Below, piece after piece: positions 16,547-24,349 of a stretch of DNA of 32,000 nucleotides. The stretch is from Cupriavidus necator (GTDB lineage: Bacteria > Pseudomonadota > Gammaproteobacteria > Burkholderiales > Burkholderiaceae): NCBI RefSeq assembly GCF_016127575.1, contig NZ_CP066019.1, forward strand, positions 2,640,001 to 2,672,000. The letters are read 5' to 3'. Numbering within the stretch: position 1 is the stretch's first letter; every line of letters begins with the position of its first letter. A model generated the notes under the pieces. That model was not told where the DNA came from. It saw nothing but the letters and a program-made list of their open reading frames with translations, and ran no database searches. The translations under genes were made by a program, and so were the position numbers.

Positions 16547-17875
16547 TCAGCCCTTGACGAACAGCAGCATTTCCTGCGGCCGCTGCACGCTGGCGCCTTC
16601 ATTGGGATTGCCGATCACCATCGCCTCGTTGGCATGGACCAGCGCGGGATCGGCTTCGATCTCGAACAACAGGTAACCCGAGCCGGAACGCACCCCAAGG
16701 TCCTCGGCATGCTCGACCACACGGCGCACCGCGCCCAGCACGCGCCGCGTGCGCAGCGACGGGTAGACCGACTGCGAGCCCACCACAGCGCCCGACATCC
16801 AGGCCAGCAGGTCGCGCTCTGACTGCCCGCGCAGGCCCACCACCAGGCGCTCGCCGATCCAGTCCGGCTGCAGCACGATGTCGAACGCGCCGTGGCGGAA
16901 CTCGAACTTGTGCTCGCGGTACTCTTCGCTGACCTCGGCCAGGGTCTCGCGCAGCGCGCGCAGCAGCGGCGTGAACACGGCCATGGGGTCGGCGTGTTCA
17001 TAGTCGTCCGGCACCGGCGGCAGGCCGCCCGGCTTGAGCAGGCTGAGCGACCCCAGCACCGAGGCCAGCGCCAGGTAGAGTGCAAGCGGGTGCAGATGCG
17101 GCGTGCGCAACACCGCCTCCAGCAGCGGCAGCGCGGTCACCAGGCTGCGCAAGCGGTCCTTCAGTTCCAGCTGGGTCAGGCGGTCGTCCGCCCGGGATGA
17201 CGGGATCGCGGTCTGCTTGGCCACGAACGCGGCCTTGCCGCGCAGCTGGGCCACCAGCGACGCCACCGCCGTCCACAGCGCGCTGCCGCGTGCCACCTCC
17301 AGCAACGGCGGCAGGCGGTCGCCGAGCCGCACGATCTCGTTGTCCTTGTAGACCGCGCCCAGGCACAGCGACACATGGAGCGGCGACGGCCTGGCGCCGG
17401 CATCGAGTGCCAGGCTTGGCAGCAGGCGCGGAATGTCGGCGGGCGGCGCTTCGGACACCTCATCCTCCACCGGGGCGCCCGCCACCGAGCGGAACCGCCG
17501 CACCTGCCCGTCCTTGCGGTTTGCGGCCGCCACCGGCAGGGTCAGGTAAAGCGCCAGCATGCCGCCGGCAAGCGCGTCGGCAAACGGCTCGAGCGCCAGC
17601 TCCAGCGGCGGCTGGCGGGCATCGTCGCGCGCGTAGGACACGGCAGTGCCGTCCGGCATGATGGCTTCGAGCTGCAGCACGCGCACCACGCCCGCCGGCA
17701 GCAGCCCGGCGTCGAACTCCAGCCGGCGCACGCCCCAGCCAAACGGTGCGGCCGCGAGTGTCTGCCACGCCACCAGCGAATCGAGCCGCCCGGCCAGCAG
17801 CTGGAGATGCTGGGGCGCCAGCAGCATGCCCTCATGCCATTCAACCCGATCGACCGGCAGCGCGCGCTCAGACAT
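16547..17875 (-). CDS. tssK: Type VI secretion baseplate subunit TssK
   Basis: The N-terminus VEWHEGMLLAPQHLQ matches the TssK hallmark (W.EGM.L.PQH.Q). Size is 442 aa. It sits between tssJ and tssL. Confidence 0.9.
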   Translation of the reverse strand: MSERALPVDRVEWHEGMLLAPQHLQLLAGRLDSLVAWQTLAAAPFGWGVRRLEFDAGLLPAGVVRVLQLEAIMPDGTAVSYARDDARQPPLELALEPFADALAGGMLALYLTLPVAAANRKDGQVRRFRSVAGAPVEDEVSEAPPADIPRLLPSLALDAGARPSPLHVSLCLGAVYKDNEIVRLGDRLPPLLEVARGSALWTAVASLVAQLRGKAAFVAKQTAIPSSRADDRLTQLELKDRLRSLVTALPLLEAVLRTPHLHPLALYLALASVLGSLSLLKPGGLPPVPDDYEHADPMAVFTPLLRALRETLAEVSEEYREHKFEFRHGAFDIVLQPDWIGERLVVGLRGQSERDLLAWMSGAVVGSQSVYPSLRTRRVLGAVRRVVEHAEDLGVRSGSGYLLFEIEADPALVHANEAMVIGNPNEGASVQRPQEMLLFVKG

Positions 17876-17920
17876 GGGGGGCTCCCGGGCCGTACGCGGC
17901 CGTGGCAGGAAAAACCAGGT

Positions 17921-18424
17921 TCATTTGGTCACAAGCACGGTAAAGGCGGCGCTGTCGAGCTGCACGGCAAGCGTGCCGTTGAATTGCTCGACGCGGGCGC
18001 GATGCGCGCCCGGCGCCTGGTAGTTGGCGAACACATAGGCCGCGGCGACGCGCGGCCCCTCCAGGTCTTCGGCCGGCACGTCCAGCCGCTGGCCGGGCAC
18101 CAGTTCCCAGCTGCGATAACGCAGCCCGCTCGGATAGGTGCTGCCCAGGTCGCTGCGCCCGGCAAACCACTTGGCCGCGGGCAGGTCCGCCAGCCGGGCC
18201 TGCAGGGCCTCGTCGCTGACCAGCACCACGTCGACGGCCACCGGGCTGTTGCCGTTGGCATCCGCCGCCGCCGTCAGCGTGACTTGCTTCCATTTGACCT
18301 TGTCCCCCTTGAAGCCCAGCCATGAAGAGGCCGCGCAGCCCCCGAGCAGGCCAGCGAGCGCAGCCGCCGCCAGCAGCGTGCCGGCGCGGCGCAGGGATAA
18401 GAGATGCACGGGCGTCGTCATCAT
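17921..18424 (-). CDS. tssJ: Type VI secretion lipoprotein TssJ
   Basis: Lipobox LLGGC after a signal peptide. SciN-like ADANGNSPVAVDVVLVSDEALQARL. AAGGAG lies 4-7 nt upstream of the ATGATG at 18424/18421. The ORF track starts further upstream at 18457. Confidence 0.85.
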   Translation of the reverse strand: MMTTPVHLLSLRRAGTLLAAAALAGLLGGCAASSWLGFKGDKVKWKQVTLTAAADANGNSPVAVDVVLVSDEALQARLADLPAAKWFAGRSDLGSTYPSGLRYRSWELVPGQRLDVPAEDLEGPRVAAAYVFANYQAPGAHRARVEQFNGTLAVQLDSAAFTVLVTK

Positions 18425-18453
18425 CAGACTCCTTCGTGGTTGCGGATGCGGCA

Positions 18454-19908
18454 TCATTTCGCACCCACCCCGATGCCCATCAGCACGATCAGCAGACCGG
18501 CCAGCAGCGCGCAGGCGCTGGCCAGCGCCAGTTGCGCGCGCGTCAGCACCAGCCGCACCGCCGCGGCCTGTGCGGCGGGCAGCCGTGGGCCCGGCACGTG
18601 CGCGCGCCCATCCGCGCCCTCCATCCGCTGCGCCGCGACGCGTTCCATCGGCAGGCCCACCGACACCAGCGCAATCACCGCGCAGGTGCAGACCAGGCTC
18701 AAGGCATTGCGCGGCCCATCGCAGATCGGGTCGATCGCCAGCAGCAGCACTGCGGCTGCCTCAGCCGGCAACTGCAGCACCGACAGCGCAACGCCCGCAT
18801 AGGCGATCGTTCCCAGGCCGCCCTGCCCCGCCGAGAGCCAGGCCGCGATGGTGGCGGCCATCGCGATCCATGCCACGTCGCCGGCGCCCACGGGGCGCCC
18901 GTACAGGTTGGCGACGAACACCGTGGCCAGCGCGAAGTACAGCGCCGAGCCCCCGCGCACGAACACCGCGCCCAGGGGCACCACCAGCTCCACCAGCCCG
19001 CGCGGAAAACCCAGCCGCGCGCTCATGGCCTCGATTGTGTGCGGGATCGGCGCGGTGGCGCTGCCTGAGGCCAGGCCGACCAGCATGGAGCCATTCAGCT
19101 CGGTCACCACCTGCGAGAACGGCAGCCGCGCGCAGGCGGCAATCGCGGCCGCGGCCACGCCGCTGAGCAGCAGGCAGAGCATCAGGAACGTGACCAGCAC
19201 CCCGGCCATCGCGCCCATGGTGGCGCGGTCGGCATGCATCGACAGATGGGCCGCAAGCCCGAATGCCAGCACCGGGATCAGCAAGTTGGCGTGGGCGATG
19301 ATCTGCTCGAAGGTGCGGTAGATCCCTTCGAACACATTGCTCAGCATGCCGGTCTGCTCGCGCGACAGCGCTGCGAAGGCAAGCCCGAACAGCAGCGCCC
19401 CGGTGAGCACGCCCAGCGTCTGGCCATGCGCCAGTGCGCGGTAGAAGTTGTCGGGAATGATGTTCCCGAGCGCGTGCGGCAGCTTGTCCGTATTGGCCTC
19501 TGCCTTGCCATGCAGGTCCACGCGCACCTCGCCGCCATCGGCCACGCCGCTGAGGATCAGCGCGCCAAGCTTTTCGCTGGCCTGTGCAGGGAGTTCCGCG
19601 CCCGGCGCGGTCAGCAGCCCCGCCAGCGCGCCGGCCAGCGCGCACACCCCCACCACCCCGGCAGCCGTGCCGAAGATGGCGCCGAAACGCGCCCCGGCGC
19701 GCGGCAGCGCCAGCACCTGGCGCAGGCCGAAGAAGGTGGCCACCACCAGCAGCGGCACCGCGGCCATGTTCACCACCGACAGGTAGAGCTGTCCGACCAG
19801 CCAGGCGAAGCGGCCCAGCGGCCCGGCCACGGTGCCGGCGAGCGCGCCCGCCACCAGGCACAAGAGCAGCCCGGGCACGCTGTGCGAGAGCCAGTTCAGG
19901 GCTTTCAT
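18454..19908 (-). CDS. Dicarboxylate/amino-acid:cation symporter (DAACS/SDF) family transporter, divergent, with an extra C-terminal hydrophobic tail
   Basis: Aligns by eye to the GltPh core: SGSATAPIP (SSSGTLP), VVPLGAVFVRGGSALYFALATVFVAN, and IDPICDGPRN (DxxxDxxR). The start at 19908 forms an ATGA overlap with the racemase stop. I judged the ORF-track N-terminal extension to 20364 spurious. Confidence 0.8.
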   Translation of the reverse strand: MKALNWLSHSVPGLLLCLVAGALAGTVAGPLGRFAWLVGQLYLSVVNMAAVPLLVVATFFGLRQVLALPRAGARFGAIFGTAAGVVGVCALAGALAGLLTAPGAELPAQASEKLGALILSGVADGGEVRVDLHGKAEANTDKLPHALGNIIPDNFYRALAHGQTLGVLTGALLFGLAFAALSREQTGMLSNVFEGIYRTFEQIIAHANLLIPVLAFGLAAHLSMHADRATMGAMAGVLVTFLMLCLLLSGVAAAAIAACARLPFSQVVTELNGSMLVGLASGSATAPIPHTIEAMSARLGFPRGLVELVVPLGAVFVRGGSALYFALATVFVANLYGRPVGAGDVAWIAMAATIAAWLSAGQGGLGTIAYAGVALSVLQLPAEAAAVLLLAIDPICDGPRNALSLVCTCAVIALVSVGLPMERVAAQRMEGADGRAHVPGPRLPAAQAAAVRLVLTRAQLALASACALLAGLLIVLMGIGVGAK

Positions 19909-20627
19909 GCGGCCTTGTTCCAGCCGCGCGCCAGCGCGAACGCCACCGTCGCCCGTGCCAGCTCGTTGGTGCTGTCGACCAGCATGAGCGGCGGCGCGGC
20001 CAGGCCGCGCGCCGCCACCGGGATTTCCGTGCAGCCCATGATCGCGGCGCCGACGCCGAGCGCCGCGATCCGCGCCAGCGCGCTGCCAAGCGCCTCGCCG
20101 GCCTGGTCCAGGGCGCCGGCCTTGACCGCCCGGATGCAGGCATCGACCTGCAGCTGCACCGGCTCCGGCGGCACCACCGCCGCGATCCCGCGCGCGTCGA
20201 GCGCTGCCTGGTAGATGCCGGAGGCCAGCGCACCGCGCGTGGCCAGGATGGCCACGCTGCCGGTATCGGCAGGCAAGGCCGCCACGCAGATCCGCGCGAT
20301 ATGCAGGATCGGCGCCGCGCTGTGCGCGCTCAGTTGCGCATACCAGTGGTGCGAGGTATTGCACGGGATCACCACCAGCCCCACCTGGTTGCGGTTGAGC
20401 AGCTCGATGCCGCGCAGCAGGTAGGGCAGCGGCAAGGCATCGCCAGCCAGGATCGAGCGCGAGCGGTCAGGAGTCTGCGGCAGGTGCGCCACCACCATCG
20501 GCAGGTGGTCCTGGTCACGCACGGCATCGGTAAGCCGAACCACGCGATCGAGAAAATCCACTGTCGCCAGCGGCCCCATGCCGCCCAGCACCCCGATCAT
20601 GGTCATGCCAGTACTTCCGTTGTTCAT
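19905..20627 (-). CDS. Aspartate racemase (Asp/Glu/hydantoin racemase family)
   Basis: IGVLGGMGPLATVDF, and both catalytic-Cys motifs: VIPCNTSHHW and IMGCTEIPV. Size is about 240 aa. An alternative start is at 20606. Confidence 0.85.
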   Translation of the reverse strand: MNNGSTGMTMIGVLGGMGPLATVDFLDRVVRLTDAVRDQDHLPMVVAHLPQTPDRSRSILAGDALPLPYLLRGIELLNRNQVGLVVIPCNTSHHWYAQLSAHSAAPILHIARICVAALPADTGSVAILATRGALASGIYQAALDARGIAAVVPPEPVQLQVDACIRAVKAGALDQAGEALGSALARIAALGVGAAIMGCTEIPVAARGLAAPPLMLVDSTNELARATVAFALARGWNKAA

Positions 20628-20638
20628 ATGAGCCGACC

Positions 20639-21973
20639 CTAAAGCTTCAGCGGCCGCGGGCAGATCACCGACACCGCCGCGGTATTGCCGACCACCAGGA
20701 TCAGCGTGCGCAGCATGTCGCAGACCGGGTCGACGGCAAGGAAGAGAATGAATGCGGCCTCGAATGGCAGGCCAAGATAGGCACAGGTCATGCCGACCAG
20801 CGAAACGATCACCAGGCCCGTCATGCCGGCCGAAGCAAAGCCCGCCAGCACCGAGGCCAGCAGCACCGTGGCGATATCGACCAGGCCCAGCGGATGGCCG
20901 TACAGCTGCGCGATGAACAGCGTGGCGCAGACGTAATAGACCATCGGCCCCACGCGCAGCAGCGAGATCGCCAGCGGCACCAGCAGTTCCACGCGCACCC
21001 GGGCAAAGCCGAGCCGGTCGACCAGGCACTCGATCATGCTGGGCATGCAGGCCGCGCTGTTGCGCGTGGCCAGCGCCAGCGCAAATGGTGAGCGCAGCGC
21101 GTCCAGCGTGGCGCCCAGGCTCTGGCTGGAGCGCTTCCAGATGATCCCGACGGCCAGTGCCAGCAGCAGCACCGACGCGATAGAGAACGCCAGCACGAAC
21201 TGCATCATCGCCTGCAGCGGCTCCAGTCCGGACTTGCCCAGCTGCGCCGCGCTCATGCAGAACAGGATCACGGGCAGCGGATAGCTGAGCCAGTGCATCA
21301 GCTTCTGGCAGGCGTGGTAGACCGTTTCCAGCGACAGGCTCAGCCCGATGGAAATGCGCTCGGGCACGCGCCCCACGGCCAGGCCGAACATCAGCGCGAA
21401 CACCAGGGCCTTGAGGGCGTCGCCGTTGGCGAGCGCGGCAAAGATATTGGTCGGGATCAGGCTGGTCAGGACTTCGGACAGGCTCAGCGACTTCTCCTGG
21501 ATATCCTCGCCGTAGAGGTTCATCACCGTATCGCTGGACGTGGCATCGCTGCCCACCATCGCGCCGAAGGTCTCCATGGTGGCGCTCGACAGGTTGCTGC
21601 CCGGGCGCATCACGATCAGCACCAGTGCCGACACCAGCGCCACCAACAGCGACGCGCCGACAAACACCGTCACCACGCGGATCATCAGCCGCGAGGCCCC
21701 ACCATCGCGGAACAGCCGCTGCAGGCTGAAGATCACCGCCGACACCATGAACGGCAGCGTGGTCATCTTGAGCAGGTCCACGTAGACATCGCCCACCACG
21801 CCCAGGTGCCGGGCCAGCGCGGGCCAGAGCAGCCCGGTGGCGCCGCCCAGCGCCAGGCTGCCGATCACCACCCACGGATTGAGGGCAATGGCGTAGAGCT
21901 TGCCGGCATCCAGCTTCATGGACGCGGCGCGCTGTGCCTGGGCCGCGCCCGGCTTCATGGCGGGCGCGCTCAT
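20639..21973 (-). CDS. Dicarboxylate/amino-acid:cation symporter (DAACS/SDF) family transporter, divergent
   Basis: [26 protein letters not shown] aligns to GltPh [43 protein letters not shown] matches IDAILDMGRTMVNVTGD. The start forms an ATGA overlap with the upstream binding-protein stop. Confidence 0.82.
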   Translation of the reverse strand: [444 protein letters not shown]

Positions 21974-22941
21974 CGCGTGGCCGCCTGCAGCACGTCCGCC
22001 ACCTCGAGCCGCTTGGGCCGCTCGGCGAGGAACTGGTTGACAAAGCCCAGCAGCGCCGGCGCCGACACGTTGACGGCGATGCCCAGCGTGTCCTCAAGAT
22101 CCTGCAGCGTCACCACGCGCAGGCGCAGCGCAGCGGTCGGATCCGCCTTGAGCACGCGCTTGACCTCGAACTCGTCGCGGTACACCGCGGCGACGCGGCC
22201 GTCGTTCAGCGCCTTCAGGGCTTCATCCCAGGTTGGATAAGCCGTGACGTAGGCCTTGGGAAAATTGTTCACCACATACTCCGAGTACGACGAATTTCCG
22301 ACCACGCCAATCGAGCTGTCATAGGCGCGGATCACCTCCGGCACCGGCCGGCCGCGTGCCATCTGAGCGAACTTGACGCGATTGAGCAGCAGCGCGCGGT
22401 TCAGCCGCAGGTAAGGTGTGCTGAAGCTGATGATCTGCATGCGCGGCAGCGTGCGCGACAGCTTGCTGATGGCCACGTCGGCCTGTCCCTGCGCCAGCAG
22501 CTTGACCACCCCGTCGAAGGTGGTGGCGTCGCGGTTGAAGCGCACCCGCACGTTGAGCTTGCGCGCAAGCTCGCGCGCGAGGTCGATATCGAGCCCGCTC
22601 AGCTCGCCGTTGCGCTCCTGGAAGAACGGGGGCTGGTCCACCTTCAGCACCGCGACCACCAGTTCGCCGCGGCTGGCGATGCGGGCGAACTCCGGCGCCA
22701 TCAGGCGTCCGTCAGGCATCAACACCAGTCCGTTCGGTGTGGAGACTGGCGCAGGGGCGCCTTCCGGCAACCCGCCCTGCGCGGCAAACGATGCCGCCGG
22801 GTGGGCCGGTGCCGGCGTGTAGGTGGCCTGCGCATGGCCAGCGGCCGGCAGGGCAAGCGCGGCGCCCGCGAGGGCGCGCGCCAGCCAGCGCCACGCGCGT
22901 GTTGCCGCGCGGCGGGAATCAGGGACGGGAGTCAGCGACAT
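21970..22941 (-). CDS. Periplasmic solute-binding protein, family 3 (polar amino-acid binding type), with a long Ala/Pro-rich linker
   Basis: Signal peptide with the Tat-like DSRRAATRAW and cleavage near GHA-QA. SBP_bac_3 core: LVVAVLKVDQPPFFQERNGELSGLDIDLARELARKLNVRV, GQADVAISKLSRTLPR and FSTPYL. The start is set to 22941. Confidence 0.8.
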   Translation of the reverse strand: MSLTPVPDSRRAATRAWRWLARALAGAALALPAAGHAQATYTPAPAHPAASFAAQGGLPEGAPAPVSTPNGLVLMPDGRLMAPEFARIASRGELVVAVLKVDQPPFFQERNGELSGLDIDLARELARKLNVRVRFNRDATTFDGVVKLLAQGQADVAISKLSRTLPRMQIISFSTPYLRLNRALLLNRVKFAQMARGRPVPEVIRAYDSSIGVVGNSSYSEYVVNNFPKAYVTAYPTWDEALKALNDGRVAAVYRDEFEVKRVLKADPTAALRLRVVTLQDLEDTLGIAVNVSAPALLGFVNQFLAERPKRLEVADVLQAATR

Positions 22942-22961
22942 GGCGTCAAACGGTTCATGTT

Positions 22962-23240
22962 TCAGGGAGTCGAGGGCGCGCCTGGAGCCGCGGCAAGGCC
23001 AACGGCAATGGCGGGCGCCTGGGTGGCGGCGGGCAGCGTGGCAGTGGCCGGGGCCGCGGGCGCCACGGCCATGGGTGCGGTGTCCGCACGCTGGAGTACG
23101 CCAGGCCGTCCCAGGCGGGCGCCGATCTCCACGCCCATCAGGAACAACAGCGCACACAGCAGCACCGCGCAGGTCACGGCGATTGTCACCATGCGCGAGC
23201 TCATCGAGAATACGTAGGTCATGCTTGCCTCGGCGGTCAT
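22962..23240 (-). CDS. Small single-pass membrane protein with an Ala/Pro-rich tail (86-92 aa), unknown function
   Basis: The ATG at 23240 overlaps the TGA of the DUF4280 gene (TGATG). TM segment is MVTIAVTCAVLLCALLFLMGVEIG. GC3-rich frame. The stop is 20 nt before the binding-protein start. Confidence 0.55.
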   Translation of the reverse strand: MTAEASMTYVFSMSSRMVTIAVTCAVLLCALLFLMGVEIGARLGRPGVLQRADTAPMAVAPAAPATATLPAATQAPAIAVGLAAAPGAPSTP

Positions 23241-23626
23241 CAGGGGGTCATCACGGTGGCCTGCGCCGGCGCGACGATCTGGATCACGCCGCCCCATGCG
23301 CACATCAGTTTCGAGCTGTCCTGCAGCGCCGGCGCGCCGCCGATCTGCACGGTCGGCGCGCCCGGCAGCCACGGCGCCGACGTCGCCGGCACGCAGGGCA
23401 TCGGTGTCAGCACGCCCTGCGCCGCGGCGGTGGCCGCGGCCACCTGCGGGTTGCCCAGGCAGTTGCACATGCCGAAGGGCGGGATGTTCACCATCGGCAG
23501 GTGGTCCATCACGCTGGCCGCACCGGTGCCGGCCAGCACGCGGCCCAGCGGCAGCACGACCAGGCTGGACGGCGCCAGCCCGAAGCTGCACTGCATGGTC
23601 GCGCCCATGGTGACCTGCAAGGCCAT
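23240..23626 (-). CDS. PAAR-like DUF4280 domain protein (128 aa, no extension domain)
   Basis: MQCSFG, VNIPPFGMCN, PMPCVPATSAPW, APALQDSSKLMCAWGGVIQI match the DUF4280 Cys pattern. GAGGGG lies 7 nt upstream. The start is 2 nt after the MORN-protein stop. Confidence 0.85.
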   Translation of the reverse strand: MALQVTMGATMQCSFGLAPSSLVVLPLGRVLAGTGAASVMDHLPMVNIPPFGMCNCLGNPQVAAATAAAQGVLTPMPCVPATSAPWLPGAPTVQIGGAPALQDSSKLMCAWGGVIQIVAPAQATVMTP

Positions 23627-23628
23627 GG

Positions 23629-24333
23629 CTAACCCCTCAGCCAGCGTTCGAGACGCTGTGCAAAGCCGGCGGGCACTGCCGCGCCCTCCTCGCCATCGGC
23701 GGGTGCGATCGCCTGCCAGTCGCCGCGGGGATTGCCGTCGGCGTAGCTGCGCACGGCGATGACCTCGCCTTCCGGGTCGAACCTGCGCGCCATGCCGTGC
23801 AGCAGGTCGTTGCGGTACGGCAGCGACTGCGCCAGCGTGCCGCCGGCGCCGTACTCACGGGTCTCGCCCTCGAGCCTGCCGGCGCGGTAGCGGCTGCGGC
23901 GCACCACCGCGCCCTCATGCGCATAGACGGCCTCGTCCTCGAGCCGGCCCTGCCGGTAGACGCAGCGCGCGGTCACCTCGCCGGACGGCGCGTAGCACAC
24001 GCTCTCTCCCGCGAGCTGCCCGTCGGCGTACAGCTGGCGCGTCTCCAGCCGGCCGTTGCGGTAGGTGGCGCTGGTGCCGTGCAGGCGGCCGCCGGCATAA
24101 TGCGCTTCGTATTCGAGGCTGCCATCGGCGGCATAGGCACGCAGCAGCCCCGCCAGTTCGCCATGTTCGTATTCGGCATCCAGGCGCAGCGAGCCATCCG
24201 GATGGAAGCACTCGAACCTGCCGTGGGGGCGCCCGCCGGCCAGCGGCACGCGCGACACCAGGCGGCCATCGCCGTCATAAGCTTCGGCCATGGCGGGTCC
24301 TGGATCGGGCGGCGTCGGGGCAGCTAAAGTCAT
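23629..24333 (-). CDS. MORN-variant (YwqK/COG2849-type) repeat protein, 7-8 repeats of about 23 aa
   Basis: Repeats of the form G-x-L/P-H/A/E-G-x5-Y-x3-G-x-L: GRPHGRFECFHPDGSLRLDAEYEH, GELAGLLRAYAADGSLEYEAHYAG, GRLHGTSATYRNGRLETRQLYAD and so on. The start is 16 nt after the vgrG stop, with an alternative start at 24291. Confidence 0.8.
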   Translation of the reverse strand: MTLAAPTPPDPGPAMAEAYDGDGRLVSRVPLAGGRPHGRFECFHPDGSLRLDAEYEHGELAGLLRAYAADGSLEYEAHYAGGRLHGTSATYRNGRLETRQLYADGQLAGESVCYAPSGEVTARCVYRQGRLEDEAVYAHEGAVVRRSRYRAGRLEGETREYGAGGTLAQSLPYRNDLLHGMARRFDPEGEVIAVRSYADGNPRGDWQAIAPADGEEGAAVPAGFAQRLERWLRG

Positions 24334-24349
24334 GGCTCTGTTCCGCGGC

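Noticed and set aside
19905-22097. A 730-aa minus-strand ORF that appears to fuse the racemase with a long N-terminal region.
   Set aside because: Only the C-terminal 240 aa (from MNNGSTGMTMIGVLGGMGP) look like a protein. The upstream part is an alternative frame of the DAACS symporter gene at 20639-21973, which has clear family motifs in its own frame.
23719-24237. The MORN repeat region considered as a DNA-level tandem repeat or slippage-prone array.
   Set aside because: The repetition is at the protein-motif level only. The nucleotide sequences of the units are diverged and there is no exact DNA periodicity.
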